The position numbers and the translations under genes are program-made. The notes under the pieces are model-generated. The model was not told where the DNA came from. It was given only the letters and a program-made list of their open reading frames with translations, and did not search any database. A stretch of DNA of 64,000 nt from an uncultured Bacteroides sp. (GTDB lineage Bacteria > Bacteroidota > Bacteroidia > Bacteroidales > Bacteroidaceae): contig CAZOVL010000002.1 in NCBI GenBank assembly GCA_964583185.1, positions 10,504 to 74,503 on the forward strand. Direction: 5' to 3'. The first letter of the stretch is position 1. Each line of letters begins with the position of its first letter. Of the stretch, positions 10,418 to 18,531 are shown piece by piece.

Positions 10418-10497
10418 ATAAAAAGAGAAAAGCCATTAGGTCTTTTTCTTTTTTTTATTATTTTTACACTATTAATTAGATTTACACCTTTATAGCT

Positions 10498-11058
10498 ATG
10501 ACATATAAATTCACCATTATATCTGAAGAGGTAGCAGGTTTTGTTAGAGACATACAAATAGACTCTGAATCTACCTTTCTTGAATTACATAACAGCATAT
10601 TCAAATCCATTGGATATACTCAAGTAACCAATGCTGCCTTCTTAATTTGTGACAAATATTGGGACCCTGAAGAAGAGGTTTACCTTAAAGAAATAGATAA
10701 CAACCCTGAGTTCGATACTTGGCTAATGGAAGATACTTCGTTAGACCATTTTCTAGAAGAAGAACGTCAACGCCTCATCCATATGTTTGACTTAGAGAAT
10801 CAAAGAGGTTTTCACATTGAATTAACCGAGATTATTCCGGGAGCCTCTCTTGATAAGCCTCAATGTACACGATCTAAGGGTGATGCACCTCAACAAAAAC
10901 TAACTGAAGAAGAAATTATTGCGTTGGAAAGCAATGTTGATTTGGATGAAGACTTCTACGGTAGCGTAGATTTCGATTTAGATGACTTGTTATCCTTTGA
11001 GGGTAGAGAAGAAGACGAACAAGAGCAGGAACAAGAACAAGAACAAGTTAAAGAGTAG
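10498..11058 (+). CDS. Conserved acidic protein, possibly pRiA4b ORF-3 / TnpR-passenger-like fold
   Basis: 186 aa. The N-terminal domain (YKFTIISEE..TFLELHNSIFKSIGY) loosely recalls the PRiA4_ORF3 family. Highly acidic C-terminus ending in (EQ)n. Assignment is tentative. Confidence 0.35.
   Translation: MTYKFTIISEEVAGFVRDIQIDSESTFLELHNSIFKSIGYTQVTNAAFLICDKYWDPEEEVYLKEIDNNPEFDTWLMEDTSLDHFLEEERQRLIHMFDLENQRGFHIELTEIIPGASLDKPQCTRSKGDAPQQKLTEEEIIALESNVDLDEDFYGSVDFDLDDLLSFEGREEDEQEQEQEQEQVKE
11017..11046 (+). repeat. Hexanucleotide (GAACAA)-type in-frame microsatellite
   Basis: gaacaa gagcag gaacaa gaacaa gaacaa, encoding EQEQEQEQEQ. Confidence 0.85.
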
Positions 11059-11087
11059 TTACATTAAAGTACAGGGAGTTGTAGAAA

Positions 11088-11999
11088 ATGAAGGAACACA
11101 CACTGATAGTCCTTGTTGGTCCTACAGGTGTTGGAAAAACAGAACTTAGTTTACGCATTGCTGAACACTTAAATACTTGTATTATTTCAGCAGACTCCCG
11201 ACAACTATACAAAGACATAACCATTGGAACAGCTGCTCCAACTACAGAGCAGCTTTCAAGAGTTCCCCATCACTTTGTGGGTATTTTAGATTTAGCCGAT
11301 TATTATAGTGCAGCACAATATGAAACTGAGGTTTTAGCAAAATTAGCTCATCTATTTCCCAACAACCCCAACATCTTACTTACAGGTGGCTCCATGCTAT
11401 ATGTAGATGCCATATGTAAAGGCATTGATGATATGCCTACCATTGACAATGAAACACGTCAATTCATCTTGGAAAAATTCAATAAAGAAGGATTAGAACA
11501 CTTAACCCGTGAACTGAAACTCCTTGACCCTGAGTACTACTATAAAGTAGATCTCAAGAACCATAAACGGGTAATACACGCGTTAGAGATTTGCTATATG
11601 ACCGGTAAGCCTTACTCTTCGTTTCGAACCAGAGATTCCAAGGATCGTCCATTCAACATATTAAAGATTGGGCTACAACGTGACCGGTTGGAGCTATATC
11701 AGCGAATCAATCAAAGAGTGGAAGAGATGATTGAGTTAGGTGTGGTTGAAGAAGCTCAAAGAGTATTTCCACAGAGACACTTAAACTCATTAAATACAGT
11801 GGGGTATAAAGAGCTTTTCAAGTACATTGAAGGGGAATGGGATTTACCCTTTGCCATTCAAAAAATACAAAGAAACACACGTGTATATGCTAAAAAACAG
11901 ATGACTTGGTTCAAACGTGATACGGATATAAAGTGGTTCCATCCTTCTGAAGAAGAACAGATATTATCTTATATCAACCAATTCATAGCTAAAAAGTAG
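11088..11999 (+). CDS. miaA: tRNA dimethylallyltransferase
   Basis: P-loop [18 protein letters not shown] block, 303 aa. Confidence 0.95.
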   Translation: MKEHTLIVLVGPTGVGKTELSLRIAEHLNTCIISADSRQLYKDITIGTAAPTTEQLSRVPHHFVGILDLADYYSAAQYETEVLAKLAHLFPNNPNILLTGGSMLYVDAICKGIDDMPTIDNETRQFILEKFNKEGLEHLTRELKLLDPEYYYKVDLKNHKRVIHALEICYMTGKPYSSFRTRDSKDRPFNILKIGLQRDRLELYQRINQRVEEMIELGVVEEAQRVFPQRHLNSLNTVGYKELFKYIEGEWDLPFAIQKIQRNTRVYAKKQMTWFKRDTDIKWFHPSEEEQILSYINQFIAKK

Positions 12000-12041
12000 C
12001 TCTTCTTCTTTTTTCAATAGCTTCTAAAATGGGATACACTA

Positions 12042-13214
12042 TTATTCATAATGTTTATCATAAACAACCTTCAGCTGATGAAGTGCTCTCAATAATGTAT
12101 CTTGCGTACAGCCCACATTGATACGCATAAAGCCACTACCCTCTTTACCGTATGATATTCCTGTATTTAGAACCAAACCAGCTTCTCTAAAGAAAGCATC
12201 CAACGCATCATCCGAAAGGTTTAATGCTCTACAATCTAGAAAAACCAAAAATGAGGCTTGAGGCTCAATGTACTTAATTAAAGGTAATTGTTTGTCAACA
12301 AAATCAGTTAAGAGACGGATATTATCTTCAATATAAGTCAAAACACCTTTTAGCCACTCACCACACTCTTCATAAGCTGAAACGAGTGTTTGATAAGCAA
12401 AAATATTGCCCGAACCTACGTGTAAAGCATCTATAAACTGATTGTAACGAACTCGTATTTCTTTATTTTTTATAATGGCATAAGAGCTACTCAATCCTGC
12501 CATATTGAATGCTTTACTGGGAGACATAAACGTAATGCCATGTTCTTCAGCTAGTGGGGATGATTTAAAATAAGTAGTATGATGATTACCGGATAAAGTT
12601 AAATCTGCGTGTATCTCATCAGAAATAACCAAGACCTTATTATCACTGCATATTTGAGCTATTCTTGCCAATTCTTCTTTTGTCCAAACTCTTCCTCCCG
12701 GATTGTGAGGATTACATAAAATGAGTAGTTTACATCCTTGAATGTCTTTTTCAAATTGATTAAAATCAATAGACATCACCTCATTTTCAAGCTTCAGCGA
12801 ATGGAAAACAACAGTTCTGCCATTACTTTGTGTTACATTAAAAAAAGGAGAGTAAACAGGGGACATTACCATAACCTTATCTAAAGGTTCTGTAAAACAT
12901 TGAAGTACAAAAGCAATGCCACGAACAATTCCAGGTGTAAAAATAAGTTCCTCTTTAGAAACAGCTAAGCCAAAACGTTGATTTACCCATTGAATAATTG
13001 CTTTATACCAAGTATCGGGAATCAATCCATACCCCAAAACACCATGAGCTATTTTTTGACTAATAGCATCCAGAACAGGTTGAGGTGTTTGAAAATCCAT
13101 ATCTGCTACCCAAAGAGGAATAGCACCTGCATCCTCTTTCGTTATGTAAGGAGAATCGTATTTAATTGAGTCTGTATCCCATCTATTGATGGGTTTATCA
13201 AAGTTATATTGCAT
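12042..13214 (-). CDS. MalY/PatB-type PLP-dependent C-S lyase (cystathionine beta-lyase family)
   Basis: Class I/II aminotransferase fold with PLP-lysine block SPSKAFNMAG and CNPHNPGGRVW. 390 aa. Confidence 0.8.
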   Translation of the reverse strand: MQYNFDKPINRWDTDSIKYDSPYITKEDAGAIPLWVADMDFQTPQPVLDAISQKIAHGVLGYGLIPDTWYKAIIQWVNQRFGLAVSKEELIFTPGIVRGIAFVLQCFTEPLDKVMVMSPVYSPFFNVTQSNGRTVVFHSLKLENEVMSIDFNQFEKDIQGCKLLILCNPHNPGGRVWTKEELARIAQICSDNKVLVISDEIHADLTLSGNHHTTYFKSSPLAEEHGITFMSPSKAFNMAGLSSSYAIIKNKEIRVRYNQFIDALHVGSGNIFAYQTLVSAYEECGEWLKGVLTYIEDNIRLLTDFVDKQLPLIKYIEPQASFLVFLDCRALNLSDDALDAFFREAGLVLNTGISYGKEGSGFMRINVGCTQDTLLRALHQLKVVYDKHYE

Positions 13215-13241
13215 AATTCGTAGATTTTTGTCATTTCAATC

Positions 13242-13249
13242 CAAAGATA
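13242..13249 (-). promoter_or_regulatory. -7 box (TATCTTTG on the minus strand)
   Basis: caaagata on the plus strand, 28 bp upstream of the start at 13214. Confidence 0.4.
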
Positions 13250-13413
13250 ATCTTTTCAAAAAATCTAAATAAGAAAATCATGCACTTTTATTCTGATTGA
13301 ATTCAATTAAAAGAATAACTCAAACAAGTAAAAAACAAGAAAAGATTACTATTTAAATTCAATTTCAATTAAGCCTCCGTAAGGGTTAAAATCAAAAAGA
13401 ACTTTCTCATTAT

Positions 13414-15183
13414 CTATCTTTGTATACAAAACTTCCCATCTTGTTTCACTCTTACTTTTTTAAGTTTCTCCTTATTCAAGATCATGGTTAGTTCTTGAGT
13501 GAAGAGTTTTTTATCTAATGATAAAAGAGGTCTTACCTTTAATCTATTCTTACTTAAGTCCTCAATCTTAAGCATGATATGTTCACGCTCTTTTACATAA
13601 GATGCCACATCATGAAAAGTCCCTACCCAAATGGAATCTTCTAGAGCTTTAACTGAATCTAAATGATCTTTAAATATCGAGAGGTCAAGAAAGGCATCAT
13701 ATCCGTAGGTCATACCATGAGTCATCCCAACACCCCAGTCTCTTTTTTCCATAAGTGTTTGCACCCATTTATTCAAGTCTTCTGAGGTGGACTTAGATCC
13801 AATAGCACGTTGTTTAGTACGTGTACCTACTCTATTTTTAGAAGCTAAAGATCTTACCAACTCATTATGAGCATTATTAGCATAACAAAAGGTTCGAGGC
13901 CAAATGCCTATATTAGCATAAATGATGCTATCATTTTTTTCTATTTCCTTTTTTATTTCTTCAACTCCAATAGTTGTTAACTTTTTATGCGACCAACCAT
14001 GATTCGATATTTCATGTCCATCAACTGCCATTTCTTTAAGATTGTTCCAGCTTACTCTAGTTGTATCTATAGGAGCAACATCACTTTTATTTATTTTTGC
14101 TCCATTAATCCAAAAAGTCCCTTGATACCCATATTCTTTAAACCAAGGAGCCACAATAGTATAATGCTCTTTCAATCCATCATCAAAAGTATAACTAATA
14201 GCACATTGTTTATCTCCTTTAAATTTAGCGATACTTAATAATTTCTTATCTTCAGAGTATATGACATTATCTATCTTTTGTATATCAGGTCCAATAGCAC
14301 CTATTTCCACCAATTTATTATACATCTGTAGTCCTAAATATTCAGAAGAAATATGTGTGAAGTGTAATTTATCATCTTGCAATTCCCCTTTAGACATATC
14401 AATGACATGACAATTTATATCATCTTTGGATAAACGATACATCGCATCCTCTACTTCTTTATTATATCTTTTGTTAAAATGAGGAATTGTTCCATAGATA
14501 AATGGAAGTTGCATATATGTCTCTTTTCCTGTCTTATTCACAAGAAAGGTTCGAACATGGTTTAACACATTCTTTATGTTTTCATAATATTTATCCCCTA
14601 CTTGAGAATCACTTTCTCCTTGGTGCCACAAAAATGCAACAATTTCATATTCTCTATTCAGTTTTGAAAGAGTAACATCAATACATTTAGAAATATTCTC
14701 TTCAAATGAAAGCAAAAGAGACTTTCCCCCATTTATTGTAGATTTAGTTTGAGATAACCAATTTTCATCTGCTGACCAATAATAACCTCCACCAGACATA
14801 ACAGATGTATCAATGGCTGTTCCTCCACGAGACCACTTTATAACATAAAAATCCTCTTGTAAAGCTTGATCCAACCAATAATAAGTTATAGCATCATAAG
14901 CCCAACGATTGGGATTATTCTCATCAAACATTTTAGGCCAAAAAGGTAGAAAACGCCCGGTAATTGTTTGATTAGAATTACCACTACTCCACTTACAGTA
15001 CTTATACTGTTTATTTTCTAATTGACGAATATAATCAGGTAGATCTTCATTAAAAACTCGTCCATCTGTATTTGACTGGCCTGCTGTTATTATTACTTTT
15101 ATCGGTTTTGACGATTTTCCTTCAGTTCTGCATATAGATAGGTTAATAAAAAGGAACAAAAGAAATAAATACTTATGCTTCAT
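13414..15183 (-). CDS. Secreted two-domain esterase: sialate-O-acetylesterase-like (SASA) domain fused to a polysaccharide deacetylase (CE4/NodB) domain
   Basis: Signal peptide. N-domain motifs GQSNTDG and LWHQGESD. C-domain motifs TFDDG, HGWSH and RTFCYA. Confidence 0.7.
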   Translation of the reverse strand: MKHKYLFLLFLFINLSICRTEGKSSKPIKVIITAGQSNTDGRVFNEDLPDYIRQLENKQYKYCKWSSGNSNQTITGRFLPFWPKMFDENNPNRWAYDAITYYWLDQALQEDFYVIKWSRGGTAIDTSVMSGGGYYWSADENWLSQTKSTINGGKSLLLSFEENISKCIDVTLSKLNREYEIVAFLWHQGESDSQVGDKYYENIKNVLNHVRTFLVNKTGKETYMQLPFIYGTIPHFNKRYNKEVEDAMYRLSKDDINCHVIDMSKGELQDDKLHFTHISSEYLGLQMYNKLVEIGAIGPDIQKIDNVIYSEDKKLLSIAKFKGDKQCAISYTFDDGLKEHYTIVAPWFKEYGYQGTFWINGAKINKSDVAPIDTTRVSWNNLKEMAVDGHEISNHGWSHKKLTTIGVEEIKKEIEKNDSIIYANIGIWPRTFCYANNAHNELVRSLASKNRVGTRTKQRAIGSKSTSEDLNKWVQTLMEKRDWGVGMTHGMTYGYDAFLDLSIFKDHLDSVKALEDSIWVGTFHDVASYVKEREHIMLKIEDLSKNRLKVRPLLSLDKKLFTQELTMILNKEKLKKVRVKQDGKFCIQR

Positions 15184-15223
15184 AATTTTGTATTAGATTA
15201 ATATATAGTTCTATTGATTAATA

Positions 15224-15231
15224 CAAATTTA
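15224..15231 (-). promoter_or_regulatory. -7 box (TAAATTTG on the minus strand)
   Basis: caaattta on the plus strand, 41 bp upstream of the start at 15183. Confidence 0.35.
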
Positions 15232-15371
15232 ATAAGAATAAAAGTAGAGGATTAGGTAAAATAATCTCCGATGTTTGGAATATTGTACACATATTCAACA
15301 AAGACATAAAAAACAAGGACGTAATAATTAAATATTCAAATACAAGAAGCTTTCCTTTTTTTTACTTTTCA

Positions 15372-15437
15372 TCGGTCTAGGACCGAAGGGCCTTCGGTCC
15401 TAGACCGAGAGGAGTTGAGTCCTAGACCGACACCCTT
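15372..15437. repeat. Array of three 22-bp palindrome-containing units (repeat family, locus 1)
   Basis: Units are tcggtctaggaccgaagggcct / tcggtcctagaccgagaggagt / tgagtcctagaccgacaccctt. 15372-15389 and 15391-15408 form a perfect 18-bp inverted repeat. Confidence 0.9.
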
Positions 15438-15583
15438 CCAGTCTTAGTCCCTTTTCTATGCTATAGAAGCTGGTTTGCTTTTGAGCTAAAAAAAGCCACA
15501 GATTATGTTAAATATTTTGCCTTCCCTAAAAGCAAATTAACCACTATTATTAAAAGATAATCGACATTTAGCGGATTAAGTTT

Positions 15584-15591
15584 TATTTTTG
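15584..15591 (+). promoter_or_regulatory. -7 box TATTTTTG
   Basis: Matches TAnnTTTG, 32 bp upstream of the ATG at 15623. Confidence 0.4.
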
Positions 15592-15622
15592 TAATAAGCT
15601 AAACCATAAGAAAAAAAATAAA

Positions 15623-16405
15623 ATGATAAAAGCTGTATTCTTAGATATTGACGGAACATTAGTTAGTTTCAAAACACACGAAATACCTAAATCTACTATT
15701 GAAGCTCTACACAAAGCTAAAGAAAATGGAACTCGTATATTTATTGCCACAGGCAGACCTAAAGCTATTATAAACAACTTAGGAGCCTTAGGCAATACTC
15801 TAATTGATGGATATGTTACCATGAATGGAGCTTATTGTTTTACCAGAGATGAGGTGCTTTATAAAAATAGCATCCCTCATAATGACGTACTTGAAATTGC
15901 TGATGCAGCTAAACAAGAGGGGTTTGCTACTATTTTTGTAGGTGAGCACGACATAGCTGTTTATCAGAGAAACGATTGGGTTAAAGAGATTTTTCAAAAC
16001 CAACTCAATGTACCTCCATTCCCTGAAATTTCTTTCAGTGAAATATTAAACAAAGAAATTTATCAGATTACTCCTTTCATAACTGAAGAGGAGGAGGACT
16101 CATTGTTATCTCATTTATCTAACATTGAACCGGGCAGATGGCATCCGGCCTTTGTTGATATTACAGCAAAAGGAAATACCAAACAAAAAGGAATTGATGT
16201 TATCATTGATCATTTTAACATTGACCTTAGTGAAACAATGGCTATTGGCGATGGGGGTAACGACATCAGTATGTTACAACATGCCCAAATTGGTGTAGCC
16301 ATGGGTAATGCACGAAAAGAAGTACAAGCTAAGGCTGATTTTGTAACAAAGTCCGTTGATGATGGAGGAATTAGTTATGCTTTAAAAAACTTCAATATCA
16401 TTTAA
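15623..16405 (+). CDS. Cof-type HAD-IIB sugar phosphatase
   Basis: HAD motif I FLDIDGTL, motif IV GDGGNDISM, Cof-type cap region. 260 aa. Confidence 0.85.
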   Translation: MIKAVFLDIDGTLVSFKTHEIPKSTIEALHKAKENGTRIFIATGRPKAIINNLGALGNTLIDGYVTMNGAYCFTRDEVLYKNSIPHNDVLEIADAAKQEGFATIFVGEHDIAVYQRNDWVKEIFQNQLNVPPFPEISFSEILNKEIYQITPFITEEEEDSLLSHLSNIEPGRWHPAFVDITAKGNTKQKGIDVIIDHFNIDLSETMAIGDGGNDISMLQHAQIGVAMGNARKEVQAKADFVTKSVDDGGISYALKNFNII

Positions 16406-16420
16406 TTACAGCACTAAAGT

Positions 16421-18439
16421 ATGTCAAAAGAAAACATCGACATAAAAAATGAAGAGTTACAGGCTGTACTGAAATTGATTAAACATACAAACCAATCTAT
16501 TTTTCTCACTGGAAAAGCAGGTACGGGTAAGTCCACTTTTCTAAGATATATATGTGAACAGACTCATAAAAAACATGTAGTTCTTGCACCGACGGGTATT
16601 GCTGCAATTAATGCAGGAGGAAGTACATTACATAGTTTCTTCCGTTTACCTTTTCACCCTATTCTACCCGATGATGCTAATTTAAGTCTAAAGAGAGGAC
16701 GTATTCATGAGTTTTTCAAATACAATACAGACCAAAGAAAATTATTCAAAGAGATAGAATTGGTTATAATTGATGAAATTTCAATGGTTAGAGCTGATAC
16801 CATTGATGTCATCGATCGGATATTGAGGGTATACTCGCAAAATTTAAGGCAACCTTTTGGGGGAAAGCAGGTTCTATTAATTGGAGATGTTTTCCAGCTG
16901 GAGCCTGTAGTCAAAGCTGACGACAGGGAAATAATTTTTCGCTCTTACGATTCTCCTTTTTTCTTTTCAGCTAAGGTATTTCAACAAATGGAGTTGGTTG
17001 CCATTGAACTACAAAAAGTATATAGGCAAAACGACCCTAAGTTTATTCGTCTGTTAGATAATATTCGCACCAATCAAATTGATGCTAAAGATTTACAACT
17101 ACTCAACACTCGTTATTCCGCAGAAGTTAAAGAAGATGCAGGTGGAGAGGCAACGGAAATGCACATCACTTTAGCGACCAAAAGAGACACTGTTAGTCGA
17201 ATCAATCAGTTGCAACTAAATAAATTACTGGGAAAGGAAGAAGTCTTTATTGGAGAAATTCATGGAGAGTTTCCTTTGAATAGTTTACCGACCTCTAAAG
17301 AGCTGACGATTAAGCCTGGAGCACAGGTTATTTTTGTAAAAAATGATATTGATAAACAATGGGTAAATGGTACTCTGGGTGTAGTTAGTGAAATTGATAA
17401 AAAAGGAGTTTTGACTATCGTAACTGACGAAGGTCTTGTTTTGGATGTTACTAAAACTACTTGGCGTAACATTAGGTATAAATATAATGAAGAGAAAAAA
17501 ATAGTAGAAGAGGAAGAACTAGGATCATTCACCCAATTCCCCATACAACTAGCTTGGGCTATTACTGTACATAAAAGTCAAGGATTGACCTTTTCTAATG
17601 TTATTATAGATTTTACAGGAGGAGTATTCGCGGGTGGCCAAACTTACGTAGCTTTGAGTAGGAGTGTTTCATTAGAAGGAATCTTCTTAAAGAAACCCAT
17701 TAGCAAAGCAGATGTTTTTATTCATCCGGCTATAGTTGCTTTTTCCAAGAGGTTTAATAATCAGCAAGCTTTAACCAAAGCCTTTGAAGAAGCAGGTGCT
17801 GACTTAGCATACATAGAGGCTATTGAAGCTTTTGATAAAGGAGACTTTGAGACTACGTTAAACTCACTTTTTAGAGCAATACATTCTAGATACGACTTGG
17901 AAAAGCCTCTTATTAAGAGGTATCTTCGGCGTAAACTAAACATCATCAATCGTCTAAAAGGAGAAAATCAAACACTTAAAGAGCAATTAAACGAACAGAA
18001 AAAAGAGCTCATGAAATTGGCTAAAGAGTACTATCTTTTGGGTAACATGTCTATAGTGGAAGCAAAAGATCATGAATCAGCCATAGCCAACTATAACAAA
18101 GCCATAAAACTCTATCCTGAATATGTGGATGCTTGGGTGAGAAAAGGAGTAACTTTAATGAGTATAAAAAAATATGAAGACGCCCTTCCCATTTTAAACA
18201 AAGCTGTAAAGCTTGCTCCGCACTTATTCAAAACTGTTTATAACAGAGGTAAACTTTGGCTTTTACTTAACCACCCTGAAAATGCTGTATCCGATTTAGA
18301 TAAGGCTACAACTCTAAACAGCCAACACGCTCAAGCTCATCAACTTTTTGGTGATGCTTTAAGCCAAGCAGGTAAGGACGAAGAAGCTGAAATTCAATGG
18401 GATAAAGCTAGAAAGTTAAAGAAAAAGAAAGATAAATAA
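16421..18439 (+). CDS. Pif1-family SF1B DNA helicase with a C-terminal coiled-coil/TPR extension
   Basis: Walker A GKAGTGKST, Walker B DEISMV, Pif1 signature QPFGGKQVLLIGDVFQLEPV, VHKSQGLTF. TPR repeats from about aa 540 (AIANYNKAIKLYPEYVDAW..). Confidence 0.8.
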   Translation: MSKENIDIKNEELQAVLKLIKHTNQSIFLTGKAGTGKSTFLRYICEQTHKKHVVLAPTGIAAINAGGSTLHSFFRLPFHPILPDDANLSLKRGRIHEFFKYNTDQRKLFKEIELVIIDEISMVRADTIDVIDRILRVYSQNLRQPFGGKQVLLIGDVFQLEPVVKADDREIIFRSYDSPFFFSAKVFQQMELVAIELQKVYRQNDPKFIRLLDNIRTNQIDAKDLQLLNTRYSAEVKEDAGGEATEMHITLATKRDTVSRINQLQLNKLLGKEEVFIGEIHGEFPLNSLPTSKELTIKPGAQVIFVKNDIDKQWVNGTLGVVSEIDKKGVLTIVTDEGLVLDVTKTTWRNIRYKYNEEKKIVEEEELGSFTQFPIQLAWAITVHKSQGLTFSNVIIDFTGGVFAGGQTYVALSRSVSLEGIFLKKPISKADVFIHPAIVAFSKRFNNQQALTKAFEEAGADLAYIEAIEAFDKGDFETTLNSLFRAIHSRYDLEKPLIKRYLRRKLNIINRLKGENQTLKEQLNEQKKELMKLAKEYYLLGNMSIVEAKDHESAIANYNKAIKLYPEYVDAWVRKGVTLMSIKKYEDALPILNKAVKLAPHLFKTVYNRGKLWLLLNHPENAVSDLDKATTLNSQHAQAHQLFGDALSQAGKDEEAEIQWDKARKLKKKKDK

Positions 18440-18473
18440 TATTAAGCCCATCTAATTACTAACAATCAATGCG

Positions 18474-18481
18474 TAATTTTG
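18474..18481 (+). promoter_or_regulatory. -7 box TAATTTTG
   Basis: Matches TAnnTTTG, 51 bp upstream of the ATG at 18532. Confidence 0.35.
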
Positions 18482-18531
18482 TTATATTTAGAAGAGGGTA
18501 ATAGGATACTAAAATAATTATTATAGGACAC

